Shown here piece after piece: positions 1-10,026 of a DNA stretch of 64,000 nt. How positions within the stretch are numbered: the first letter of the stretch is position 1; each line of letters starts with the position of its first letter. The DNA is taken from positions 4,255 to 68,254 of the forward strand of contig JBKSMP010000022.1 of the NCBI GenBank assembly GCA_046881885.1, given 5' to 3'. This DNA comes from Opitutales bacterium (GTDB lineage: Bacteria > Verrucomicrobiota > Verrucomicrobiia > Opitutales > UBA9783). The position numbers and the translations under genes are program-made. The notes under the pieces were generated by a model. That model was not told where the DNA came from and did not search any database. It saw nothing but the letters and a program-made list of their open reading frames with translations.

Positions 1-223
1 AGCCTAGGATTCTTCCCATGATCTGCTCAAAAATATTTATGAAAATTTCAACAAATTCACTGCTCGCACCAAAAAAACACTCTCTAAGTCTTGGTACTAA
101 CTTTAGACAACCTACTGCCCCTCTTAAATGACCAAAATGACCACAATCTTTTCTTAAAATAAAATCTCTAAATCTTGTAAAACTTAAAAACCAAAAGAAA
201 ATCCATAACAAGATGCTTTTCAT
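1..223 (-). CDS. hypothetical protein, N-terminal part only (frame stays open to the left window edge)
   Basis: ATG at 223-221 is followed by 74 uninterrupted codons to position 2 (MKSILLWIFFWFLSFTRFRDFILRKDCGHFGHL...). The N-terminus is hydrophobic. It is absent from the ORF track because no stop is reached. No family recognised and no clear SD. Confidence 0.25.
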   Translation of the reverse strand, partial: MKSILLWIFFWFLSFTRFRDFILRKDCGHFGHLRGAVGCLKLVPRLRECFFGASSEFVEIFINIFEQIMGRILG

Positions 224-366
224 TCGAACTTTTTTACTTTACCCCAGACCTTCTACTAGAGAAGTAAAAAAGCTTCAAAATCTTTGTCAAGCGCTTTTTC
301 GTAAAAATGTAACGTTTTTATATTTATACAAATGTTTCTAGTTTTTTAAAACATAATCTTTGTTTT

Positions 367-468
367 TGTCACAACTGTCACAAGCTGTCACATTTCGATG
401 TTGTGACAATATTTCGCAGTATTTATGCAGACTTGAGGACGTTTTTGATATCTGTCACATTTGTCACA
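367..468. repeat. array of six TGT(C/G)ACA heptamers (iteron/operator-like)
   Basis: TGTCACA occurs at 367, 376, 386, 453 and 462, and the inverted form TGTGACA at 402. The first three are spaced 9-10 bp apart. The array lies in a 745-bp non-coding stretch. Confidence 0.8.
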
Positions 469-678
469 GAGGGGGAAATCGTAATAACCGATCGTAAACT
501 TCCACCGCGGAAAATTTTAAGAATACTCATTTAACCCAAAAACAGATATTATGGAGGAAACATTTGCTGGGATCTGCAACATTATTCATATGCCCTCAGT
601 AAAAAATTCTACCCTATAACAAAAGCAACACAAAAACCTTATCTCACTAGATATATTTTGATAAAATTTTATCTGAAA

Positions 679-697
679 GGTTGCAATAGGGTTGCAA
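679..697. repeat. two direct GGTTGCAA octamers 11 bp apart
   Basis: GGTTGCAA at 679-686 and 690-697, about 50 bp from the tRNA 3' end. Function unknown. Confidence 0.6.
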
Positions 698-745
698 CAG
701 AAATAATACGCACAAAAGCCAACTTACGCTATCCCGCATAAACAT

Positions 746-822
<77 letters not shown>

Positions 823-921
823 ATAAGCAATGATTTAATAAGAAGAGATTTTTTATCGCTTGTCAAGAAATTTATATATTTTTAGCTTTTCACTTTGAAA
901 GATTTTTGGCTAAATAGCTTT

Positions 922-2271
922 ATGTTTGAAGTATTATCGGATCGTTTTACAAAGATTTTTTCGAAATTATCAAAGAAACGCAATTTGACTGAGAGTAACA
1001 TTGCGGAAACATTAGAAGACATAAAAAAGGCCTTATTAGCTTCAGACGTTAATTTTGAAGTTGTACAAAAATTCATTGGGGAAATCAAAGAGGAGTGCAT
1101 TGGGCAACGCGTTTTTAAAAATGTAAAACCAGGCCAACAAGTTGTTAAGATTGTTTATGATAAATTAAGGGAAATTTTAAGTAATGAACAATCCGAGATC
1201 GATTCTAAAAGACCATTACGGATCATGATGGTTGGCTTGCATGGTGCTGGAAAAACGACCACAAGTGCCAAATTAGCCAAATGGCTTAAAAAGCAAGGCG
1301 AACAACCGGCTTTGGTTGCATGCGATATCCATAGGCCAGCGGCTATAGATCAGTTAAAAACCTTAGGTGAGCAAATTGAAGTGCCTGTTTTAGCTTATGG
1401 CCAGATTTCCGTTGAAGAAATTGCGGCTAAAGCTTTAGAAGAAACAAAGAAAAACACGGTTACGATTTTTGATACCGCAGGTCGCTTACAAATGGATGAA
1501 GCACTTATTCAAGAGGCTAAGCTTCTTAAAGAAAAAGTCCAACCTCATGAGGTTTTTCTGGTCATCGATAGCGCTTTAGGGCAAGAAGCCGTAAATATTG
1601 CCAAAGCTTTTAACGAAGCACTCGGACTCACAGGTGTTATTTTAACCAAATTGGATGGAGACACCAAAGGTGGTGCGGCTTTATCTATGAAATACGCCGT
1701 TCAATTGCCTATAAAGTTTTCTGGTATTGGAGAAAAGCTCGAAGATTTTGAAAAGTTTTATCCAGATCGCATGGCCAGCCGTATTTTGGGTATGGGAGAC
1801 GTTATTTCGTTAGTTGAAAAAGCTCAGGAGGAGATTGCTAGCGATACCGTTGAAACGATTACCAAACGTTTGTTTGATGGAGAATTCAATTTAGAAGATT
1901 TTCTTTCACAAGTTCAACAAATGAAAAAATTAGGTAGCCATGGTCTAGGAAAATGGTTGCCATCTCTGCCTGCCTTTCAAAACATGGACCAACAAAACGA
2001 AGAAATTAAGCAGTTTGAAACCTTGATTTTATCCATGACACCACAAGAACGTCGGCAACCAAATTTGTTGATCTCTTCTTATCGAAAAATGCGAATTGTT
2101 AAGGGGGCCGGAATGACAATCGCCGACTTTAATAAGTTAATAAAGCGCTTTCAATTGATGAAAAAAATGTCTCAAAAAATAAGAAAATCGGATCCCAGCA
2201 AATTAAGACAAATGTTTGAACGGTTTTCCAACGGAACATCTTTTCTTAGCGACCACAAATTTTTCAAATGA
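922..2271 (+). CDS. ffh: signal recognition particle protein Ffh (SRP54)
   Basis: SRP GTPase motifs GLHGAGKTTT, DTAGR and TKLDGDTKGG, plus a Met-rich C-terminal M domain. Start placed at ATG 922 (MFEVLSDRF...) rather than the upstream alternative start at 895. Confidence 0.95.
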   Translation: MFEVLSDRFTKIFSKLSKKRNLTESNIAETLEDIKKALLASDVNFEVVQKFIGEIKEECIGQRVFKNVKPGQQVVKIVYDKLREILSNEQSEIDSKRPLRIMMVGLHGAGKTTTSAKLAKWLKKQGEQPALVACDIHRPAAIDQLKTLGEQIEVPVLAYGQISVEEIAAKALEETKKNTVTIFDTAGRLQMDEALIQEAKLLKEKVQPHEVFLVIDSALGQEAVNIAKAFNEALGLTGVILTKLDGDTKGGAALSMKYAVQLPIKFSGIGEKLEDFEKFYPDRMASRILGMGDVISLVEKAQEEIASDTVETITKRLFDGEFNLEDFLSQVQQMKKLGSHGLGKWLPSLPAFQNMDQQNEEIKQFETLILSMTPQERRQPNLLISSYRKMRIVKGAGMTIADFNKLIKRFQLMKKMSQKIRKSDPSKLRQMFERFSNGTSFLSDHKFFK

Positions 2272-2765
2272 TTAAATCTCTGTTTGCTTTTATTCCATCA
2301 CGTTGGATTCTCAATGCAGCTACTTTGGGAAAAATAGGTTTTTTGGGGAAAATGCCTGGTACCAACGGAAGTTTTGTGGGACTTATTTATTATACGCTTT
2401 TTTTTCACACGTTATCCCCCTTAGCGTATTTACTATGGGCAGGAATAACGACCTATATCGCTTGTGTCATCTGCACACGGGCTGAACTCCTTCTGGGGAA
2501 AAAAGATCCTAGCTGCGTGATTTTAGACGAAATGGTTGCTATACCTTTTTGTTTCCTAGGTCTTCAATTTCAAATGCAAATCTATCCTGTTTGGGCTTTT
2601 ATGTTGCTGGGATTTCTTTTATTCCGGTTTTTTGATATCGTAAAACCCTTTGGTATAAAAAAACTCCAGCAATTAGATGGCGGTTTGGGGGTTGTTATTG
2701 ATGATGTTGCTGCCGCTTTAGCAAGCTGTTGTTGCCTTCACCTTATTCTGATAGTTCTTGCATGA
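2268..2765 (+). CDS. pgpA: phosphatidylglycerophosphatase A
   Basis: PgpA-like motifs MPGTNGSFVG, ILDEMVAIP and FRFFDIVKPFGI; multi-TM protein. ATGA overlap with the ffh stop. Confidence 0.85.
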   Translation: MIKSLFAFIPSRWILNAATLGKIGFLGKMPGTNGSFVGLIYYTLFFHTLSPLAYLLWAGITTYIACVICTRAELLLGKKDPSCVILDEMVAIPFCFLGLQFQMQIYPVWAFMLLGFLLFRFFDIVKPFGIKKLQQLDGGLGVVIDDVAAALASCCCLHLILIVLA

Positions 2766-3511
2766 CCGTAGATTTAAAAGTATTGGGAAGTAGTAGTTCC
2801 GGCAATTGCGGTCTTGTGGTCCATCAAGGAAGTTATTACCTCATTGACGCTGGATTTTCTGGTAAAAAGATTGCTGAAAAGTTGGCACCATTTGGCATTT
2901 CTTTGGACGATTTATCGGGTATTTTTATTACCCATGAACATCAAGATCACATCTTAGGCTTAAAGCGACTCAGTAAGCTAAAACACTTGAAATTTTACGC
3001 TAATTATAAAACCGCTCAGGCGATTGAAGATCGTTTGCAATTAAATGCGCATTGGACCATTTTTGAAACTGGAGAGATTTTCGCGGTTGATGGGTTATCG
3101 GTGATTGGTTTTGGTATTCCACATGATGCTAAAGACCCTGTAGGCTATTTTTTCAAGTCAGAAACCGATAGCTGTGTTTGGGCAACGGATATTGGACATA
3201 TTACACCAAAGCTCTCTCAATTGCTCGTAAAAGCACGCAAATTAGTCTTAGAATCGAACCATGAAATACAATTACTTTGGAATCATCCGACACGGCCTCA
3301 ATATCTTAAAGAACGTATTGCAGGTCCCTATGGGCATTTATCCAATCAAGAAGTCTTTCACTTTATAAAAAACACACCGCATACCTGGAAATCGATTTGC
3401 TTGGCCCATATTAGCAAAGATTGTAACTCTGTTGCGCATATGCAAAAACTGTTCCAACCGCTTGCAGAAGAACAACAATTTGAATTGGAGATTGTCGATC
3501 CTGTATTTTAA
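2762..3511 (+). CDS. MBL-fold metallo-hydrolase
   Basis: HxHxDH motif (THEHQDH) and N-terminus KVLGSSSSGNC as in YycJ/PhnP-like MBL hydrolases. ATG 2762 overlaps the pgpA stop (ATGA). Confidence 0.8.
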   Translation: MTVDLKVLGSSSSGNCGLVVHQGSYYLIDAGFSGKKIAEKLAPFGISLDDLSGIFITHEHQDHILGLKRLSKLKHLKFYANYKTAQAIEDRLQLNAHWTIFETGEIFAVDGLSVIGFGIPHDAKDPVGYFFKSETDSCVWATDIGHITPKLSQLLVKARKLVLESNHEIQLLWNHPTRPQYLKERIAGPYGHLSNQEVFHFIKNTPHTWKSICLAHISKDCNSVAHMQKLFQPLAEEQQFELEIVDPVF

Positions 3512-3566
3512 TCCTTTCTTACTTTACATTTTATAATTATTTACTAAAGCTTATTAAACATACATC

Positions 3567-5177
3567 ATGAAAGTTGCATCCGTTTTTTTAGGACTTGGAA
3601 TTCTTTTTTTTACACATATAGGAAGCAGGCCATTGGCAAATCCCGACGAAGGACGGTATGCGAGCATGGGGTTAGAAATGGTACAGACGAATGACTGGAT
3701 TGTACCACGACTCAATGGTCTTATCTATTTTGAAAAACCACCGTTAGCTTATTGGTCGATCGCCTTAGGGCAAAAACTTTTTGGTGAAACCTTGTTGGGA
3801 TCTCGCTTTTTCAATGCACTTTTTTCATTATTAACCTGCCTTTCGCTTTATTTATTTTGCAATAAATTCTTATCAAAAAAAGTAGCCTTATGGGCCGCCT
3901 TTATTTACGGAAGCTCTGCCCTACCCTTCGGCATGAGTCAAATGCTAACACTCGATAATGCACTTACGTTCTTTTTAACGGCAACATTATTGCTTTTCGC
4001 AAGCGGTTTTTTAACAGAAGACCCCAAACAATCTAAACATTTGTTCTTATGGGCGTATGCATTTATGGCCTTTACGGTACTTACCAAAGGGCTCATTGGC
4101 ATTGTTTTCCCAGGACTTATTGGCGGGATATGGCTTTGTTATACGGGCCATATTCGAAAACTTCCAAAAGCACATCTCGTAAAAGGCCTTTTACTCTTTT
4201 TCCTCATTGCAGCACCTTGGCATTTGCTCGTACAACAACGCCATAACTGCTTTTTCAATTTCTACTTTTGGCATGAACATTTCGAACGTTATTTGACTTC
4301 GGTCCATAATCGCACAAAACCGCTTTATTTTCTACCTTTATCCTTTTTAATTGGTCTTATTCCCTGGCTTTTCTTTTTACCAAGAACTCTACATGCTTCT
4401 TTGAAACAATCTAAAACCACACTTGAAAAACACGTAATTTCATTTTCGCTTATTTGGACGATTTGCATCTTAGGCTTTTTCACCTACTCCAAATCACAAT
4501 TAATTCCCTACATTTTACCTGCAATTTCTGGGGTTACCATTCTAATGGCTTTCGGAATTACCAAGCTAGATCTTAAAAAAACAAAAATAGAATCTATTTT
4601 ATGGGCAATAAGTTTTATTGTTGCAGCTTGCGTTTTATCCAAAGTGCTTGCGAAAAAAGCATTGGTACCTGTACCCAGTTATCTCATATTACTAGCACAA
4701 ACCATCATCATAAGTGGTTCTTTAATCGCTTTATGCCATATAAAAAACAAACCTTTACGCTCTTTCTATTCATTACTCGGAACGACTTTATTAATTTACA
4801 TATTACTACCAATCTATTTACCCTATTGCCAGCGTTTATGCGGACAAAACATTTGCGAATACATTCGTAAACAATCTTCAGAAAAGGTAGATGTTTTTTG
4901 TGCTTATAATTATTTCAACGACCTACCTTTTTACTTAAAGCAAACCGTAGGAACGATTGACTGTGTACCTGAAGAACACGAATTAGGTTACAAGGAACAA
5001 CATCCGAAGGCGTACATGTCATCGCACGATTTTCGTAAACGTTTACAAGCATCTGAACGGTGTTATGCGGTCGTAAAACGTGGCCAAGAAGCTTACTTTG
5101 AATCCGTAATGTCAAATTATCCGATTTATAAATTGACGCAAGACCCTTATTTTAGTTTATACTCTAATCAGCCATGA
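3567..5177 (+). CDS. ArnT/PMT-like polyprenyl-phosphate-sugar-dependent glycosyltransferase (GT39/GT83-like)
   Basis: Polytopic membrane protein with an N-terminal NPDEGRYA loop followed by YFEKPPLAYW, typical of the ArnT/PMT family. Confidence 0.8.
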   Translation: MKVASVFLGLGILFFTHIGSRPLANPDEGRYASMGLEMVQTNDWIVPRLNGLIYFEKPPLAYWSIALGQKLFGETLLGSRFFNALFSLLTCLSLYLFCNKFLSKKVALWAAFIYGSSALPFGMSQMLTLDNALTFFLTATLLLFASGFLTEDPKQSKHLFLWAYAFMAFTVLTKGLIGIVFPGLIGGIWLCYTGHIRKLPKAHLVKGLLLFFLIAAPWHLLVQQRHNCFFNFYFWHEHFERYLTSVHNRTKPLYFLPLSFLIGLIPWLFFLPRTLHASLKQSKTTLEKHVISFSLIWTICILGFFTYSKSQLIPYILPAISGVTILMAFGITKLDLKKTKIESILWAISFIVAACVLSKVLAKKALVPVPSYLILLAQTIIISGSLIALCHIKNKPLRSFYSLLGTTLLIYILLPIYLPYCQRLCGQNICEYIRKQSSEKVDVFCAYNYFNDLPFYLKQTVGTIDCVPEEHELGYKEQHPKAYMSSHDFRKRLQASERCYAVVKRGQEAYFESVMSNYPIYKLTQDPYFSLYSNQP

Positions 5178-6148
5178 ATTTGGAAGAAACGAAAAATCCG
5201 GAATTATCGGTTGTTGTCCCTGCATACAACGAAGAACCCAATATCGACGAATTATGTTCGCGCCTCCTTACGATTTTAAAAAACACAGGACGAACATTTG
5301 AAATTGTTATTGTAAATGATGGCAGTCGAGATGAATCTTTGCTTAAGCTGTTAGAATGGTACCATAAATATCCCAATTATTTTCGAATTCTCGATTTTAA
5401 TAGCAATTTTGGTCATCATAATGCACTTTGGGCCGGTTTCGAACATGTACGTGGAGACATTGTTATCACCATGGATGCCGATTTACAAAATCCTCCCGAA
5501 GAACTTCCAAAATTACTTGAAAAAATAGACGAAGGTTATGATTATGTCGGAAGTTATCGACTTGGCAAACGTCAGGATGCTAAATGGCGCGATTGGGCTT
5601 CCAAATTAAACAACAAGTTTAGAGAAAAGATTACAGACATTCGTATGTCCGATCAAGGCTGTATGCTTCGGGCTTACAAACGTTCTGTTGTAGATGCAAT
5701 CGTTGGCTGTGGTGATTATACAGCATTCATTCCTGCACTTGCTTTTAAATTTGCCTCTAAATACACCGAAATTGGGATGCGTCACGCACCTCGTTTTAAA
5801 GGCGAAACGAAATATGGCCTCTATTATTTGTTGAGAACGCATTTCGATTTAATGACGGGATTCTCGCTTGTTCCCCTTCAATTATTCACTTTATTTGGAT
5901 TCACACTTTCGGGTGGAAGCTTTTTATTGGTCCTTTATCTTTTGGCTCGACGCATCTTTATCGGCCCAGAAGCAGAAGGCGTATTTACCTTGTTTGCAAT
6001 TTTGTTCTTCATGGTAAGTGTTGCGATCGTAGGCATTGGCTTGATTGGCGAATATGTCGGTAGAACCTATCAAATTGTCCAAAAACGCCCACGATATATT
6101 TTAAAAACCATCTATGAGGCAAAAAAAAGTAAAGAAGATAAAAAATAA
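5174..6148 (+). CDS. GT2 polyprenyl-phosphate glycosyltransferase (ArnC/DPM1-like)
   Basis: LSVVVPAYNEE, VNDGSRD and MDADLQNPPEE motifs plus two C-terminal TM helices. ATGA overlap with the upstream ArnT-like gene. Confidence 0.8.
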   Translation: MNLEETKNPELSVVVPAYNEEPNIDELCSRLLTILKNTGRTFEIVIVNDGSRDESLLKLLEWYHKYPNYFRILDFNSNFGHHNALWAGFEHVRGDIVITMDADLQNPPEELPKLLEKIDEGYDYVGSYRLGKRQDAKWRDWASKLNNKFREKITDIRMSDQGCMLRAYKRSVVDAIVGCGDYTAFIPALAFKFASKYTEIGMRHAPRFKGETKYGLYYLLRTHFDLMTGFSLVPLQLFTLFGFTLSGGSFLLVLYLLARRIFIGPEAEGVFTLFAILFFMVSVAIVGIGLIGEYVGRTYQIVQKRPRYILKTIYEAKKSKEDKK

Positions 6149-6189
6149 GATTGACCCGATAACAAATATATCAAATTGTTTATAGTATT

Positions 6190-6324
6190 ATGCAACCAAC
6201 TTATTCACCATCTAAATTAAAGAGAGCTAGAATGTGCGGTTTTTTTGCAAGAAAAGCCACTAAAGGAGGACGTGGTGTTTTAGCCGCTCGTCGCCGCAAA
6301 GGACGCAGAAAGTTATGCGCTTAA
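6190..6324 (+). CDS. rpmH: 50S ribosomal protein L34
   Basis: A 44-codon ORF below the ORF-track cutoff: [44 protein letters not shown]. It matches the L34 pattern (QPS..KR.R..GF..R..T..GR.VL..RR.KGR..L). The conserved rpmH-rnpA order is kept. Confidence 0.9.
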   Translation: MQPTYSPSKLKRARMCGFFARKATKGGRGVLAARRRKGRRKLCA

Positions 6325-6325
6325 T

Positions 6326-6685
6326 GTGAGTGTAGGCAAAAAGCAGAGATTGTGTAAAACAAATGATTTTCAGGCTTTATATCAGTCTGGGATGAAGTTT
6401 TATGGAAACGGTTTGGTTTTTTATTGTAAGCCATCTGTCAAAATGTACCATCGTATAGGCATTATCGCCTCAAGAAAAGTAGGAGGAGCTGTTGTACGCA
6501 ATACATTTAAGCGTCGCATGCGGGAATTATTACCTACTTTCTTAGCGGGCTTTCAAAAGCCTTACGATTGCGTCCTTATCGCTACACAAGCTCAAGTTGC
6601 TTCTGCCAATTTTTCTATATTGCAAAAAAGCTTAAAAACGATTTTTGAAAAAGTTTCTCACGTTCAACATGAGCAAGCAGCCTAA
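6326..6685 (+). CDS. rnpA: ribonuclease P protein component
   Basis: Small basic protein directly after rpmH, with the KKQRL..NDFQALY..G start typical of RnpA. GTG start 2 nt after the rpmH stop. Confidence 0.85.
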   Translation: MSVGKKQRLCKTNDFQALYQSGMKFYGNGLVFYCKPSVKMYHRIGIIASRKVGGAVVRNTFKRRMRELLPTFLAGFQKPYDCVLIATQAQVASANFSILQKSLKTIFEKVSHVQHEQAA

Positions 6686-6941
6686 AAATCTTTTGAAAAG
6701 TACGTGTACACAAGGCATTTGTTGGGCATTGGTACTTTATAAAAGATTTGTGTCGCCGTTTCAATACGTTCTGAAGGTTTGCTTCGGTCTTTCATGTGAA
6801 TGTCGTTTTTATCCGACCTGTTCGGACTATGCTCAGCAATGCTTTCAACGTTATTCCTTTTTTAAAGCCAGTTGGCTTACAATGAAACGGCTTTGTCGTT
6901 GCCACCCTTTGTGTGCAGGAGGCTATGACCCCGTTCCTTAA
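6669..6941 (+). CDS. yidD: membrane protein insertion efficiency factor YidD
   Basis: LYKRFVSPF...CRFYPTCSDYAQQ...LTMKRLCRCHP...GGYDPVP is the YidD signature. ATG 6669 is preferred over the track start at 6645. The gene overlaps the rnpA end. Confidence 0.9.
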   Translation: MSKQPKNLLKSTCTQGICWALVLYKRFVSPFQYVLKVCFGLSCECRFYPTCSDYAQQCFQRYSFFKASWLTMKRLCRCHPLCAGGYDPVP

Positions 6942-6952
6942 CAATTTTTATT

Positions 6953-8590
6953 ATGGATAAGAAAAATTTTATCATCGGTATCATCTGTTTATTTGCTGCT
7001 TTTTCATTATTTGTGCGGCAAGAAAAGCAATTGCGCCAACAAGCGCCGCAGCAACCTGTAGCAGTCGTTCAAAATGAGTCTCCTACTCCCCAACCAGAAC
7101 CTGCCTTGGTTTTGCCACAACAAGACCTAACGACTTCTCAAATTTACACACTTGAAAATGAGGCTGTTAAAGTTCATTTTACGACACATGGTGGCGCCAT
7201 CCACTCTATTGAACTCAAGCGTTATCCGGCAGAATTAAAAGGTGAACAAGCTTATATTTTCAATCAAACCTCAAAAATTCCTGCACTTGGTCTTGCCTGG
7301 GATAAAAATCATCTCATTCTTAACAATTTTGTTCTTTCTGCACAGACGAACGATTTTATCCAGTTTTCATGCACTTTAAACGATGGTACACAAATAATTC
7401 GCGGCTATCGTTTGGCAAATTCTAACGATGAAAATCCGTATCGTATTCAAAACGAATTTTTAATCCAACAACCGGAATTTAAACACGAAAGCGTTTGGGT
7501 ACATTTGGGTACCATGCCCGATACACCAGGCGATAAGTATCTCGAATATTTGAATTTTTGCACTTTTGATGGGAAAACGGCGGATTTCAAACGTATCGCC
7601 GATTTTGAAGCCAGTAACGGTTTCCTTGGAATGGGAAAAAAAGCTGCATCCAATTATTTAGAAGCAAACGCAAACTTCACTTGGTGTGCGCTTAAAAATC
7701 AGTTTTTTGCAGCCATTTTTACACCGAAAACATCGATTAATGGCTATCTTACCTTTCCGAGAAAAGGTACTTCTGCAAACGAATCTCACCTCATTGAAGG
7801 CCTGATAAAGTTTGATTTAAACAGTGCTCAATCGAAAGTTACCGCAGAATACTATGTGGGACCTAAGGATTTCTTATTGCTCAACAAAATGGGACAAGAA
7901 CAAGATCAACTCATGCAATTTGGCTTTTTCGGGGCCGTCAGCAAAATCTTGTTAATGGCCATGAAGGCTATTTATTCGGTTATTCCCAATTGGGGCTGGA
8001 CGATCATTGTCCTAACATTTATTATTAAGTTACTAATGTGGCCTATTACACAAGCTCAATTACGAAGCTCTAAGAAAATGGCCAGCATTCAAGCTCCTTT
8101 GCAACAAATTCGTGAAAAATACAAAAACAATCCGCAAAAACTGCAGATGGAAACCATGAAATTGTTCAAAGAAAATCGCGTCAATCCAGCAGCAGGTTGT
8201 TTGCCAATTTTCCTTCAAATTCCTATTTTTATCGGCTTATATTACATGTTACGCACCTCTTCGGAAATTCGCTTTCAATCTTTCTTGTGGATTCAAGACT
8301 TGTCGATTCCGGATACCGTTGCAAGCTTAGGGTCATTCCCAATAAACATTTTGCCACTTATTATGGGGGTTACCATGTTTATTCAGATGCGCATCACACC
8401 AACACCTTCTGTCGACAACATGCAGCAAAAAATCATCATGTGGATGCCTTTTATATTCCTCATTTTCTGTTATAATTTTCCAGCTGCACTTGTTTTATAC
8501 TGGACGGTTCAAAATATTTTTACTATTTTACAACAGTGGCTGACCAATCGTAAAAAAGAATTGGATCAACCTGCACCTAAACATTCTTAA
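6953..8590 (+). CDS. yidC: membrane protein insertase YidC
   Basis: N-terminal TM helix, large periplasmic domain, and a C-terminal Oxa1 core (KLLMWPIT, MKLFKENRVNP, GCLPIFLQIPIFIGLY). Conserved rnpA-yidD-yidC synteny. Confidence 0.95.
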   Translation: MDKKNFIIGIICLFAAFSLFVRQEKQLRQQAPQQPVAVVQNESPTPQPEPALVLPQQDLTTSQIYTLENEAVKVHFTTHGGAIHSIELKRYPAELKGEQAYIFNQTSKIPALGLAWDKNHLILNNFVLSAQTNDFIQFSCTLNDGTQIIRGYRLANSNDENPYRIQNEFLIQQPEFKHESVWVHLGTMPDTPGDKYLEYLNFCTFDGKTADFKRIADFEASNGFLGMGKKAASNYLEANANFTWCALKNQFFAAIFTPKTSINGYLTFPRKGTSANESHLIEGLIKFDLNSAQSKVTAEYYVGPKDFLLLNKMGQEQDQLMQFGFFGAVSKILLMAMKAIYSVIPNWGWTIIVLTFIIKLLMWPITQAQLRSSKKMASIQAPLQQIREKYKNNPQKLQMETMKLFKENRVNPAAGCLPIFLQIPIFIGLYYMLRTSSEIRFQSFLWIQDLSIPDTVASLGSFPINILPLIMGVTMFIQMRITPTPSVDNMQQKIIMWMPFIFLIFCYNFPAALVLYWTVQNIFTILQQWLTNRKKELDQPAPKHS

Positions 8591-8596
8591 AGTATC

Positions 8597-9343
8597 ATGT
8601 CAGGACATAGTAAGTGGTCTACAATTAAACGTCACAAAGCGCTTGTTGATGCGAAACGTGGCAAAATTTTCAGTATTATTGGCAAGGAAATTACGCTTGC
8701 GGTTAAGTCAGGCGGTAAAAACCCAGATTTTAACCCTCAATTGCGTACCTTATTGGCTAAAGCCAAATCGGCCAATATGCCCAATGACAACATTCAGAAG
8801 GCAATTCAAAAAGGTACGGGCGAGCTTCCAGGAATGCAAATTGAAGAGCTCCTCTATGAAGGTTATGGGCCAGGCGGTGTCGGCTTTATCGTTGAAGTAA
8901 CTACGGATAATAAGAATCGTGCAGTTTCCGAAGTTCGTAGTGCATTTTCAAAATGTGGCGGTAATTTAGCCAATTCCGGTGCTTTAGCGTTTACATTCCA
9001 ACGTAAAGGGCAATTTCTCATTTCAAAAGAGAAAATTGACGAAGATAAGTTACTCGAAGTTGCCTTAGAAGCTGGCGCAGAAGATGTTGTAACCGAAGAG
9101 GATCACTTTGAAGTTTTAAGTTCGGTTGCTGATTTTTATACGGTTTCAAAAGCTTTTGAAGAAGCACAGATCGAACCTGATTCTTCCGAACTTGTCTATT
9201 TGCCTGTAACAACGATTCCCGTTAACGACGCTGAATTAGCCACTAAGTTGCTCAAACTTGTTGAACGTTTAGAAGAATCGGATGATGTCAAAGATGTCTA
9301 CACCAATTACGAATTCGATCCTTCCCTCAACATGGAAGGATAA
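8597..9343 (+). CDS. yebC: YebC/PmpR family DNA-binding regulator
   Basis: N-terminus MSGHSKWSTIKRHKALVDAKRGKIF is the YebC family signature. Confidence 0.9.
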   Translation: MSGHSKWSTIKRHKALVDAKRGKIFSIIGKEITLAVKSGGKNPDFNPQLRTLLAKAKSANMPNDNIQKAIQKGTGELPGMQIEELLYEGYGPGGVGFIVEVTTDNKNRAVSEVRSAFSKCGGNLANSGALAFTFQRKGQFLISKEKIDEDKLLEVALEAGAEDVVTEEDHFEVLSSVADFYTVSKAFEEAQIEPDSSELVYLPVTTIPVNDAELATKLLKLVERLEESDDVKDVYTNYEFDPSLNMEG

Positions 9344-10022
9344 AGGCATTATTGCCGAAACAAACGACTGGATCGCCTGCCATAAACCGGCAGGTAAGTC
9401 GGTTGCAGAAGCGACGCACTTCCTTAAACAAGCAGGTGTTAAGTTTTCTTCTGTTTATGGATTAGATATGGAAATTGCGGGCCCTATTCTTCTAGCAAAA
9501 ACCTTAGAAGCGCGTAATTTCTTAAAAAATTTGTACGGCTCTGACGGTTTTTCGTTTACTTTTTATGCATGGGGAATCCCACATAAACCTTGTCCAGATG
9601 AATGGACTTGTGATTTATCCATTGCATGGGATGAACACAAACAGCGATCCTATCCCTCATTAAAAAAAGGGAAAAAAGCTGTAACAAGATTTCAAAAAGT
9701 CCAGACCTTAGGCTCTTATCATCTATTTAAGTGTTCTACGCATTATTTACGGACTCAACAATTGCAAATCCATGCGCACTTTTCATATTTTGATATCTTA
9801 GGCGATACACTTTGGACAACCGATAACCATCTTGTTTATCTAGAGCAGTTAAAGCAAAATATTAAAAATCCATCTTCAAAACCCATTACGGAAGGTCTTC
9901 ATTTAGCGCTTACAGAAGTTCACTTTACTTTTAATGAAAAGTCCATAAAATTAGAAGTGCCTTTACCGCAAACCTTTGAAGTTTTTAGCAAAACCCTTGC
10001 TCGTTATTTACCAGAAGGCTAA
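9282..10022 (+). CDS. divergent RluA-family pseudouridine synthase-like protein
   Basis: The segment WIACHKPAGKSV, then GLDMEIAGPILLAKT (compare HRLD..TSGLL.AKT), and later THYLRTQQLQIHAH (compare TGRTHQIRVH). The start is uncertain; the ORF overlaps the yebC end by 62 nt. Confidence 0.55.
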   Translation: MMSKMSTPITNSILPSTWKDKGIIAETNDWIACHKPAGKSVAEATHFLKQAGVKFSSVYGLDMEIAGPILLAKTLEARNFLKNLYGSDGFSFTFYAWGIPHKPCPDEWTCDLSIAWDEHKQRSYPSLKKGKKAVTRFQKVQTLGSYHLFKCSTHYLRTQQLQIHAHFSYFDILGDTLWTTDNHLVYLEQLKQNIKNPSSKPITEGLHLALTEVHFTFNEKSIKLEVPLPQTFEVFSKTLARYLPEG

Positions 10023-10026
10023 AAAT

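Noticed and set aside
367-468. Reading the TGTCACA cluster as a CRISPR array or as oriC DnaA boxes (rpmH-rnpA-yidC lies 5.7 kb away).
   Set aside because: The repeats are 7 bp with 2-40 bp irregular spacing, which is not CRISPR-like. No match to TTATCCACA-type DnaA boxes is visible, and dnaA/dnaN are not in the window. The cluster is kept only as an unexplained repeat array.
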